Shown piece after piece: positions 48,345 through 55,817 of a stretch of DNA of 64,000 bases; within the stretch, counting starts at the first letter, position 1; each line of letters begins with the position of its first letter. The translations under genes and the position numbers were made by a program. This DNA comes from a virus (Duplodnaviria; Caudoviricetes): the IMG/VR virus record IMGVR_UViG_3300025387_000009; one strand, written 5' to 3'. Under the pieces are notes generated by a model, which had not been told where the DNA came from, searched no databases, and saw only the letters and a list, made by a program, of their open reading frames with translations.

Positions 48345-48836
48345 TTACCATTGCCTCGTAAAGTAAAGAGAAATAAAAAGATACTAATTCATCCTATAGG
48401 TTATCTCTATTAAAACCAAAGATAATTCAAAACACTTAGTGAGTAAACGCTGAAACTCCCTATGACACCAAAGCACACGAAAGGGAGAAGATTTAAAATT
48501 ATCCCCTGAGAACATATCCTTTTGTTGTTTTTCTGGCTTATTTAACATTTCTTCTAAAAAGGTTTAGATTCCTTTTAACTTACTTTAGGATATTTAGAGA
48601 AGAATCTTATATTTTATCATAAAAAAATCCTTATTACAATCAGTTTACAAAAAAATTTTGAAAAAAAATTCCTGTCAAGGAAAATTTCAAAATATTTTTA
48701 AGGTTGACAAGTAATTCGGAATACTTTGTCAAGCCTGTAATTCAGAATTTTTGTCCTTGACAAGTCTTCTGAATTATTTCTGAAGAATTCGCATGATGCG
48801 AAAAAATTCAGAATAAATTCTGAAACAATTCGTTTT

Positions 48837-48885
48837 GCCCAAATGGGTAAAATATTCCGAAACATTTTATTTTACCCATTTGGGC
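48837..48885. repeat. Perfect 18-bp inverted repeat (potential cruciform) containing a 37-bp element
   Basis: GCCCAAATGGGTAAAATA (48837-48854), a 13-nt spacer, then TATTTTACCCATTTGGGC (48868-48885). Confidence 0.9.
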
Positions 48886-48970
48886 AGGAATGGTGAAAAA
48901 ATATTATTTTACCCAATTCCCAAAACCTTCCCCTTTGGGGAAAAATTGGGAAACATATTATTTTACCCAA
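48843..48970 (+). promoter_or_regulatory. Three tandem copies of the 37-bp TTGGG-N27-CCCAA element
   Basis: Copies at 48843-48879, 48880-48916 and 48934-48970; the third has its left arm offset by 1 nt. Confidence 0.8.
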
Positions 48971-48993
48971 CTAAAAAAAGTTGGAAATAGGTG

Positions 48994-49022
48994 TTGACAT
49001 GAAAAAGGTTTTCTGATTTACT
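48994..49022 (+). promoter_or_regulatory. sigma70-like promoter at the start of the early-type region
   Basis: TTGACA at 48994, a TTTACT-like -10 near 49017, and ATG at 49032. Confidence 0.55.
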
Positions 49023-49031
49023 TTCTTGTCT

Positions 49032-49220
49032 ATGGCAAAACACCACTCACCATTATTTGACCTCTTGATTCAGGAGGCAGAGACTAAAGGAATCAGGGTT
49101 GTCCAGAGGGGCAACCGCTTCATGCTCTATCCTAAAGATAAGAGCAAGCCCATGCACACCTTTCACAGGGGAGCATTGGGAGAAAAACCATTGAGAAAAT
49201 GGCTTGACAAGAATAGCTGA
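49032..49220 (+). CDS. Small basic protein, possibly HicA/dsRBD-like fold
   Basis: Helix followed by GIRVVQRGNRFMLYP...MHTFHRG...LRKWL. The alpha-beta-beta-beta-alpha pattern is judged by eye only. Confidence 0.5.
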   Translation: MAKHHSPLFDLLIQEAETKGIRVVQRGNRFMLYPKDKSKPMHTFHRGALGEKPLRKWLDKNS

Positions 49221-49241
49221 AACTGATCCAATCCAATTCCT

Positions 49242-49415
49242 ATGAAAGAAAACCGCACCAGTTACTGCACCAAGACCTCGACTGAAAAGAAGGGGTATGA
49301 GATGGTTCAATATATCACGCTTGTCAAGTCTACCTTTGACGGGTGGACTAGGACATCGGAAAAAGAAATTAAAATTGATCTTGACACTCTTTGGGATCTT
49401 CTGGTAAACAGGTAA
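49242..49415 (+). CDS. Small hypothetical protein (57 aa), absent from the ORF track
   Basis: MKENRTSYCTKTSTEKKGYEMVQYITLVKSTFDGWTRTSEKEIKIDLDTLWDLLVNR. Confidence 0.6.
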   Translation: MKENRTSYCTKTSTEKKGYEMVQYITLVKSTFDGWTRTSEKEIKIDLDTLWDLLVNR

Positions 49416-49420
49416 GCCTT

Positions 49421-49732
49421 ATGACCACACCAACACCGAGAGAAGTAAAAGTAGTAGACCTACCCGATCTAGTCCCTGCTGAATGGGATTGGTTTTGGGA
49501 TATGCTAGGGAGTGCAGAACCAGATTTTTCCTATGGGGATAATAATCTGACTCTGATTTCTGGCGAGAGATTCGCTCGTTTTATTGACGATGCCTATGAG
49601 TGGTTCTCCTCTGGTATCAATGAGGAGGGAGAGGAAGCACCCCTTACTTGTTCAGAGGATGAGTGGAAAGCATTTGGGGATATGCTTTGGGATCTGAACA
49701 AGGAGCAAATCTATATCAATTTGGAGGCATAA
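49421..49732 (+). CDS. Acidic hypothetical protein
   Basis: Start moved to the ATG at 49421. Confidence 0.65.
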   Translation: MTTPTPREVKVVDLPDLVPAEWDWFWDMLGSAEPDFSYGDNNLTLISGERFARFIDDAYEWFSSGINEEGEEAPLTCSEDEWKAFGDMLWDLNKEQIYINLEA

Positions 49733-49736
49733 GAAT

Positions 49737-49967
49737 ATGAAGAAAACATACAAAGTCGAAGTCACTCGCACCACCTATGATTCCATGTCTTTTGATGTGG
49801 AAGCAAACAACGAAGAGGAGGCATACGATAATGCCATTGAAATCGCTATGGAGGCATTGTGGGGAAGTGGCAATGCTGAATACGAGGTTGAAACCTTGGA
49901 AGAAGTAGAGGAAGATACAGGGTGGGAAGAGAGAAACGAAAGACAAGCATACATCAACAACAACTAA
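49737..49967 (+). CDS. Acidic hypothetical protein of a common phage early-gene type
   Basis: KTYKVEV......FDVEANNEEEA...A pattern. Confidence 0.65.
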   Translation: MKKTYKVEVTRTTYDSMSFDVEANNEEEAYDNAIEIAMEALWGSGNAEYEVETLEEVEEDTGWEERNERQAYINNN

Positions 49968-49971
49968 TACT

Positions 49972-50151
49972 ATGAACTATCTAATGGACTATTACATTTC
50001 TTGGGATAAGAAGATCATCCCTATTCGTTCCTTGAACGTCATCATGTTCGATGAGGACTCTGATGGGGATAAGGTTGTCGTTTTCAAAAACGATAAGAAG
50101 CAACTCTGCGAAGCAAAAGTTCGTCATAGTGATGGGAAGAGAGTTTTTTAA
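49972..50151 (+). CDS. Small hypothetical protein (59 aa), absent from the ORF track
   Basis: MNYLMDYYISWDKKIIPIRSLNVIMFDEDSDGDKVVVFKNDKKQLCEAKVRHSDGKRVF. Confidence 0.6.
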   Translation: MNYLMDYYISWDKKIIPIRSLNVIMFDEDSDGDKVVVFKNDKKQLCEAKVRHSDGKRVF

Positions 50152-50190
50152 TTCCTTATTGACAAACAAATCAACCTTTGCTATTCTTAA

Positions 50191-50364
50191 ATGATGATCT
50201 GGAAAGCTAAAAACGTAATGAAGTCTGAAGCCATCTGGAAGAAGATGGATAAGGAATACAAGTATGATATGCTTGACCTTACAGACAAGGACAGAGAGTT
50301 TATCGCCCAATCTCGCCAAAAGAGGCTAGAGAGAAGGGCTAAAAAGAAGGAGGTGAATCAGTAA
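50191..50364 (+). CDS. Small basic protein (57 aa), absent from the ORF track
   Basis: MMIWKAKNVMKSEAIWKKMDKEYKYDMLDLTDKDREFIAQSRQKRLERRAKKKEVNQ. Confidence 0.6.
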   Translation: MMIWKAKNVMKSEAIWKKMDKEYKYDMLDLTDKDREFIAQSRQKRLERRAKKKEVNQ

Positions 50365-50365
50365 A

Positions 50366-50575
50366 GTGACAAACAACAAGATCGTAGTTAAAGACTTCTC
50401 CTATATGGGAGATCAGTTCACGACTCTTCCAACTAGTGTTAAGAAGGAGATCCTTATGGAGGAGATCAATACTTCTCGATACCATATCCTTGGTGCAGTC
50501 AATCAGTTCGACAAGTTCAAGCTGAAGTGTCGTTACCATAACAAGAGGAATAAGAAGGGTCTCTGGATTCGCTAG
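50366..50575 (+). CDS. Hypothetical protein
   Basis: GTG start 1 nt after the upstream stop. Confidence 0.55.
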   Translation: MTNNKIVVKDFSYMGDQFTTLPTSVKKEILMEEINTSRYHILGAVNQFDKFKLKCRYHNKRNKKGLWIR

Positions 50576-50599
50576 GAGGCGATTCTAATTCACAGAATT

Positions 50600-50637
50600 T
50601 CCCAATAGGGTGAAATACCCCTATTGGGATTTTTTTT
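50600..50637 (+). terminator. Rho-independent terminator
   Basis: CCCAATAGGG/CCCTATTGGG stem followed by a T-tract. Confidence 0.85.
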
Positions 50638-50686
50638 ATATAAAACGAAAAATATGAAATTTATGAATTTTTCAAAATCTTCGCCC

Positions 50687-50723
50687 TTGGGCGAAATTGT
50701 TTGAAAGATTTCATTTTACCCAT
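50687..50723 (+). promoter_or_regulatory. 37-bp element copy
   Basis: TTGGG-cgaaattgtttgaaagatttcatttta-CCCAT. Confidence 0.8.
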
Positions 50724-50885
50724 TCTTTATATAAAAAATAAAAAAAAACCTTGACAAAGTATTTTACCCCTATGTGTCAAGATAAAAATAATCCTTGACA
50801 CTTGGCATATGGGTCTGGTGTCAAGCACAAAGATTTTTGAAATTGTTCTTGAATGTTTGGGGAAAGATTGTATGGTAGCTCAACT

Positions 50886-52865
50886 ATGAAACTACTAGAC
50901 ACACCAAATCAAATCGAACAGATCGGAAACATCACGGGCACTTCGTCCTTCAAGATGAAGTCCTCTCGTAAAGCCTTCCAGATCCTCTCTGACCTTTACT
51001 CTGACAAGCCTCTTGCCATCGTCAGAGAGCTTGGTTGCAACGCCAATGATTCTATGGTTGCCTCTGGCAAGGTAGGTCAACCTTTCCACATTCACCTTCC
51101 CAACTCTCTTGAGCCTTGGATCACCATTCAGGATTTCGGAACAGGTATCTCGCACCAGAATATCTACGACATCTACTCCACTTACTTTGAAAGCACCAAG
51201 ACCAATACCAATGAGCAGATCGGTTGCCTTGGTCTAGGTAGCAAGTCTCCCTTCTGTTATACGGACAACTTCTCTGTCACCTCCATCCATGATGGTGTCA
51301 AGAGAATCTACAATGCCTACTTCGCTCAAGATGGCAACCCGACTATTGCCCTGATGAGTCAGGAGAACACCAAGGAAGAAAATGGTGTGGCAGTCCAGAT
51401 CCCTGTCAAGGAGAAAGATTTCTGTGACTTCATCAAGGCAGTCCAGAAGGCATTTCGATTCTTCGATGTCAAGCCAACTACCTCTGGTGGGGTGTGCCAT
51501 TGGTCAGAGGAGAAGCCTACCTTCTCTGGTGAGGATTGGATGTTCATGGATTCCTCTAATCAATGGGAGGCATTTGCCATCATGGGAGGAGTCACCTATC
51601 CTATCGACCACTACAAGGTTGCCGACAAGTATAACAACATCGTTCGCAAAGGTGTGGTTCTGAAGTTCGCTATGGGAGAACTCGACTTTGCTCCCTCTCG
51701 TGAACACCTGTCCTATGATGATGCCACTATCAAGGCAATCAATGACAAGCTGGAAAAAGTCTTGACAGAGATCAAGACCAAGGCAAAAGAGCAGATAGAA
51801 AATAAGGATAACATCCTTGACTCCATCCATGCTTTGCTCTCCTACACCGAGAGGTTCTCCTACTACGGGTCAAGCAATTTTGAACTCAAGAATGTCCAGT
51901 TCAAAGGTAAGGACATCACCGAGCCTTACAAGGTTGTCAAGGATATTCTCAAGACATCTGTGCAGTCCTTCACTCGCTACTCTTACAGGAAGCAGGTCAG
52001 CACCAGTTCATCCTTCTCCTTCGACAAGAAGTTCACATGGTATTACGATGATGGATGCAAGAATCCTATCGCTCGTGTCAAGACTCTTGTTCGTGAGACT
52101 AATGACACTTATGCCATCCTCTTCACTCAAGAGCAGAGGGATGACATGATGGATGCAGGATTCCCTGATAACTTCCTCCCTGCCTCCTCCCTGCCTTCCC
52201 CTACTGCCAAGAGGAAGCTCTCTGGTGGCACTATCGTAGTCAAGGCTAAAGAGGACATCACCTGCTATCAGATTGGTCACCCCTACAATGTCTCTTGGGA
52301 GTCAAGGACAATCGAACCGACTGAAACAAATCTTCCCAAGTATTATATCCTGAAGGGGAAGAATTGGGAGTTGAATGTCAAGCTCAATCATCTTCGCATC
52401 ATCAGCGACAAGGATCGCCTTCGCTCCTATTGTCAAGCCTTTAATATCTCGCTCAATGATATTGTGCTTGCCAATGACAAGGAGGCAAAGAAGCTCAAGG
52501 CAAGGGGTGTCAAGGATTTTGTTGAGGAGTTCAACAAGAATCACGACCTATCTTGGGTTGACATGAGTGAAGTGGACATCCTCCAATCCTACTCGACTCA
52601 CAGGTTGCATGACATCGTGAATCGTCAAGAGTTTTCTGATCTCGCCAACGACAATCCTATCAAGGAGATGCTTGTCAAGCTCCAAAGTTTCAAGCAGAAG
52701 TATAGCAAGATCACCGAAATCCTTGGCTACATGGATAACAGGGACAGCAATAAAGTTTTCAAGATGGAAGATAAAGTTCTTGACTTCCTCCTCTCCTCTC
52801 TGCTAGGAGAGTGGGGTGAGGATCAGAAGATGTATCTGCTCCTTGCAAAGAAACTGGAAAAATAG
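50886..52865 (+). CDS. rIIA: rIIA-like protein with an N-terminal GHKL/HATPase domain
   Basis: LYSDKPLAIVRELGCNANDS, IQDFGTGI and GCLGLGSKSPFCY motifs, immediately upstream of rIIB. Start moved to the ATG at 50886. Confidence 0.9.
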   Translation: MKLLDTPNQIEQIGNITGTSSFKMKSSRKAFQILSDLYSDKPLAIVRELGCNANDSMVASGKVGQPFHIHLPNSLEPWITIQDFGTGISHQNIYDIYSTYFESTKTNTNEQIGCLGLGSKSPFCYTDNFSVTSIHDGVKRIYNAYFAQDGNPTIALMSQENTKEENGVAVQIPVKEKDFCDFIKAVQKAFRFFDVKPTTSGGVCHWSEEKPTFSGEDWMFMDSSNQWEAFAIMGGVTYPIDHYKVADKYNNIVRKGVVLKFAMGELDFAPSREHLSYDDATIKAINDKLEKVLTEIKTKAKEQIENKDNILDSIHALLSYTERFSYYGSSNFELKNVQFKGKDITEPYKVVKDILKTSVQSFTRYSYRKQVSTSSSFSFDKKFTWYYDDGCKNPIARVKTLVRETNDTYAILFTQEQRDDMMDAGFPDNFLPASSLPSPTAKRKLSGGTIVVKAKEDITCYQIGHPYNVSWESRTIEPTETNLPKYYILKGKNWELNVKLNHLRIISDKDRLRSYCQAFNISLNDIVLANDKEAKKLKARGVKDFVEEFNKNHDLSWVDMSEVDILQSYSTHRLHDIVNRQEFSDLANDNPIKEMLVKLQSFKQKYSKITEILGYMDNRDSNKVFKMEDKVLDFLLSSLLGEWGEDQKMYLLLAKKLEK

Positions 52866-52867
52866 TA

Positions 52868-52896
52868 TTGACAACACAACCCAAACAAAGTAGTAT
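52868..52896 (+). promoter_or_regulatory. sigma70-like promoter for rIIB
   Basis: TTGACA (52868)-17-TAGTAT (52891). The ATG lies 7 nt downstream. Confidence 0.75.
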
Positions 52897-52903
52897 CGTA
52901 ATC

Positions 52904-53998
52904 ATGAACAACACCAACAATGCAGTCACCATTACAGGACAGGGAAAGATCACTGCCTGTATCAACGGATCAATCTACACGATTGACAACACGCACCCCA
53001 ACTACTTCAAGGCACTTGAGGCAGTCAAGGCACAGGATTGGAACGCCTTCCTCGACCATGTAGACATTTCTCGTAAGGTCAAGGATTTTGTTCTCAACTC
53101 TGATGTCCAGATTGTAGATGGCATCATCGTCTACAAGGGTGAGCCTATCCACAATACTCTCACCAAGAGGGTGATTAGTTTCATGCAACAGGACTTGCCC
53201 TTCAAGCCTCTGCTGAACTTCCTCTATAACCTGATGGAGAATCCCTCCTATCGTGCAGTCAATGAACTCTACGATTTTCTGGATGTGGGTGAACTCCCAA
53301 TCACAGAGGATGGTCACTTCCTCGCCTTCAAGAATGTTCGTGCAGACTATAAGGACATTCATAGTGGGACATTTGACAACTCCATTGGCAAGGTGTGTGA
53401 GATGCCTCGCTACAAGGTGGACGAGGACAAGGATCGCACTTGCTCAAGTGGATTGCACTTCTGCTCGATTAACTATCTGCCTCACTTTGCAGATCACAAC
53501 GGAGGTCACACCATGATTGTCAAGATCAATCCCAAGGATGTGGTGTCAATCCCTGCTGACTACAACAACACCAAGGGTCGTTGCTGTAAGTATGAAGTGA
53601 TCGGTGAATACACCGAGGATTGGAGGATCAAGCTCAATCGTGGAGAGAATGGATTCGACAACGATCTCTACTCTTCTGATGGAGGAGATTACGAGGACGA
53701 GGATGAGAACGAGTATTGTGCCAACTGCCAAACCATCCTTGATAATTGGGATGAGAACTCCGAGATGCTCTGTAACTCCTGCTACGATGACAAATACTCT
53801 GGATGCTACGGAGGAGGATGTGCTGGCAAGACTACACTCACCAACGAGGATCAGGTAGGCAACGATGGCAACGATGGTTGCTGTGGTGGTCAATGCGGTT
53901 GTGAGAACAACAACCAGTATGGTGTCAAGCCTAATGGTCATCTCTTCCACAATGTCAGAGATGCCCTTGGTAAGTTTGTCAAGAAGAATGTAGGCTAG
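52904..53998 (+). CDS. rIIB: rIIB-like protein with an acidic, Cys-rich C-terminal extension
   Basis: NPSYRAVNELYDFL, LPITEDGHFLAFK, CSSGLH and KINPKDVVSIPADYNNTKGRCCKYEV motifs. Confidence 0.9.
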   Translation: MNNTNNAVTITGQGKITACINGSIYTIDNTHPNYFKALEAVKAQDWNAFLDHVDISRKVKDFVLNSDVQIVDGIIVYKGEPIHNTLTKRVISFMQQDLPFKPLLNFLYNLMENPSYRAVNELYDFLDVGELPITEDGHFLAFKNVRADYKDIHSGTFDNSIGKVCEMPRYKVDEDKDRTCSSGLHFCSINYLPHFADHNGGHTMIVKINPKDVVSIPADYNNTKGRCCKYEVIGEYTEDWRIKLNRGENGFDNDLYSSDGGDYEDEDENEYCANCQTILDNWDENSEMLCNSCYDDKYSGCYGGGCAGKTTLTNEDQVGNDGNDGCCGGQCGCENNNQYGVKPNGHLFHNVRDALGKFVKKNVG

Positions 53999-54006
53999 GA
54001 CGAGGT

Positions 54007-54045
54007 GGGGAGGAGGGTGTGTTGCCTACTAGCACCCTCCTCCCC
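54007..54045. other. 13-bp perfect hairpin lacking a U-tract (processing or stabilising stem)
   Basis: GGGGAGGAGGGTG/CACCCTCCTCCCC followed by AAA. Confidence 0.7.
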
Positions 54046-54089
54046 AAATGGCAACCGAAAAAAGATTTCATTTTACCCAAACTAAAAAT

Positions 54090-54371
54090 ATGATTGACGA
54101 AGATGGCGAGATGCTAATGACAAAGGAAGATGCAATCCTAGAGATGCTCGACCAAGCAGTAGAGGTTAAAGCATATAGAATTGATGACCTTGGAAACAAA
54201 GAGGGAGAGCTTGAGGTTCTTGAATGGGACAGCACAGCAACAAGTGAGCAGGGAATCCCAGATATCGTTATCGAAGGAAACTGCTTCACTATCTTCCACG
54301 ATGAATTGCAAGATGCTAGCATCTCTGGTAATACCTTCACCATTGGTGACAAGCTTTTTGAGGTAATCTAA
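54090..54371 (+). CDS. Acidic hypothetical protein
   Basis: Start moved to the ATG at 54090; the longer ORF runs through the intergenic motif. Confidence 0.6.
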   Translation: MIDEDGEMLMTKEDAILEMLDQAVEVKAYRIDDLGNKEGELEVLEWDSTATSEQGIPDIVIEGNCFTIFHDELQDASISGNTFTIGDKLFEVI

Positions 54372-54562
54372 TGGACTACTACAATCTACATCTTCCCAAG
54401 GGTAATCACTGGAACGACGAGTATGATACTTGGATTGAATCTTCTTATAACAAGGGTCATGCCATTGACAAGTTCCATGACGATGACAGGTATGGCATCA
54501 CTGCCAATAACCTTGATGACATTCCTATCGTAATCGGAGGGGAGGATATTTATATAGATTAA
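54371..54562 (+). CDS. Acidic hypothetical protein
   Basis: TAATG coupling to the upstream gene. Confidence 0.6.
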   Translation: MDYYNLHLPKGNHWNDEYDTWIESSYNKGHAIDKFHDDDRYGITANNLDDIPIVIGGEDIYID

Positions 54563-54574
54563 GATTTTAAATAA

Positions 54575-54649
54575 GGACTCGAAGCTCAATGGTCGAGCGG
54601 CATGCTCATAACGTGAAGGAAGTAGGTTCGATCCCTACCGGGTCCACCA
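54575..54649 (+). tRNA. tRNA with CAT anticodon (elongator Met or Ile2), encoded CCA
   Basis: Acceptor GGACTCG/CGGGTCC, D stem GCTC/GAGC, anticodon loop CTCATAA, T arm GTAGG-TTCGATC-CCTAC. The G1-C72 pair argues against an initiator tRNA. Confidence 0.9.
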
Positions 54650-54658
54650 AATATCTAC

Positions 54659-54733
54659 GCATCGTTCATTCAACGGATAGGATCGGGAACTTCTAATTCC
54701 TCAATGCAGGTTCGATTCCTGCACGATGCACCA
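54659..54733 (+). tRNA. trnR: tRNA-Arg(TCT), encoded CCA
   Basis: Acceptor GCATCGT/ACGATGC, anticodon arm GGGAA-CTTCTAA-TTCCT, T arm GCAGG-TTCGATT-CCTGC. Confidence 0.92.
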
Positions 54734-54738
54734 ATTTT

Positions 54739-54812
54739 GGGAGTGAAGCATTAAAGTGATGCAATAAACTTTTAATTTATTGAAGAGGGAGCGTTACCCT
54801 CCACTCCTACCA
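54739..54812 (+). tRNA. trnK: tRNA-Lys(TTT), atypical, encoded CCA
   Basis: Acceptor GGGAGTG/CACTCCT, D stem GCAT/ATGC, anticodon arm ATAAA-CTTTTAA-TTTAT, T arm GAGGG-AGCGTTA-CCCTC with a non-canonical loop. Confidence 0.75.
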
Positions 54813-55047
54813 GTTTCAAATTACCATGATCGAACTCCCAATGATGATTAGGACAAAGCAAAACAAGATTATCAATATGATTGATTGTATTAAGTCTTAC
54901 ATTATCTTCAAAATCAGCAATCGGGATTTTATGAGCAACTTCTACATGAGCATCATAACCACAAACTGCACAGACTTTAGGAGCATCTTTCATAACCACA
55001 CAACGAGAGTGCCATCTTATGTAAGCGTATGCTGTTTCACTTTTCAA
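54772..55047 (-). pseudogene. HNH endonuclease, probably an N-terminally truncated relic
   Basis: CAVCG...HVEVAH...NLVLLCPNHHWEFD. There is only a TTG start, with an in-frame TAA 9 codons upstream. The 3' end overlaps tRNA-Lys on the opposite strand. Confidence 0.7.
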
Positions 55048-55057
55048 AAACTTCGCC

Positions 55058-55094
55058 TTGGGCGAAATCCTTTAAAAGATATTCTTTTACCCAA
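55058..55094 (+). promoter_or_regulatory. 37-bp element copy
   Basis: TTGGG-cgaaatcctttaaaagatattctttta-CCCAA. Confidence 0.8.
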
Positions 55095-55117
55095 ATAAAA
55101 AAAGTTGAAAATAGTTC

Positions 55118-55145
55118 TTGCATCTTTCTGGGGATAGTGTATAGT
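55118..55145 (+). promoter_or_regulatory. sigma70-like promoter driving the candidate ncRNA
   Basis: TTGCAT (55118)-16-TATAGT (55140) with an extended TG. Confidence 0.65.
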
Positions 55146-55151
55146 CATTCC

Positions 55152-55375
55152 ATAGTTGAAATGCTACTGGTGAACGGACTAGCTATCCGTAGTCGCCACA
55201 GGTCTCAAGTCCTGATCGTGTTGGTAACCCCAGCACAAATGCAGAGAGCAACTACAGAAAAACAAGCAGTGCTGTGCAGACTTATGGGGGCGGTTGCAAC
55301 CCACGCCATAAGATGCCGAGTCGGAGGTATTGAAAAATATCACGGCGAAGTCCTTGACGAAGGATCAGCACCTAG
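55152..55375 (+). ncRNA. Candidate ~220-nt multi-stem structured RNA
   Basis: At least six stems, one with a GAAA tetraloop, downstream of a promoter and with no credible ORF. Confidence 0.6.
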
Positions 55376-55398
55376 TTTTTAATACCAACCACACCACC

Positions 55399-55812
55399 AT
55401 GAACCACCAGAAAGTCACACCAGCAGAGAACATCGGCTTCAAAGACAACAACAACTGCACCATTGTTGCCCTTTCAACTGCGGCGGGTATTCCTTATACC
55501 GAAGCATACAAGATCGGAGAGCAGTCTGGACGCAAGCATGGCAAGGGATTCTATACTGCCAAGTTGATGGAGACTGCTAGGAAAAACGGGATAGAGTATC
55601 GCAAGATCAAGACAGGCGGAATTACTGTACAGAAATTCTTGCAGAAGTATCCTACTGGTCGTTATGTTGTCAATCGTAGAGATCATGCCTTCGCCATCAT
55701 TGATGGTACAATCTACGATCACCTTCAAAACAAACCCATGCAGAGGATCATCGGAATCTGGAATGTTCAATCAAAAAGACTTGACACAATCAAATCCCTC
55801 TGCAACTCTTAA
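55399..55812 (+). CDS. Conserved phage protein with a putative Cys-His-Asp (papain/C39-like) triad
   Basis: NNCTIVAL...DHAFAIIDG..YD. Start moved to the ATG at 55399. Confidence 0.55.
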   Translation: MNHQKVTPAENIGFKDNNNCTIVALSTAAGIPYTEAYKIGEQSGRKHGKGFYTAKLMETARKNGIEYRKIKTGGITVQKFLQKYPTGRYVVNRRDHAFAIIDGTIYDHLQNKPMQRIIGIWNVQSKRLDTIKSLCNS

Positions 55813-55817
55813 TCCCT

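Noticed and set aside
48340-48660. Short ORFs in the non-coding hub
   Set aside because: Only short frames (up to ~54 aa) with no promoter context or recognisable motifs were found.
55152-55375. tmRNA, RNase P RNA, or TPP/cobalamin riboswitch
   Set aside because: There is no tRNA-like end or tag frame, no RNase P CR-I/CR-V motifs, and only partial resemblance (CCTGATC) to the TPP core.
55029-55382. 117-aa plus-strand ORF in the track
   Set aside because: It begins inside the HNH relic, runs across the 37-bp element and promoter, and has no protein-like features. The region is better explained as structured RNA.
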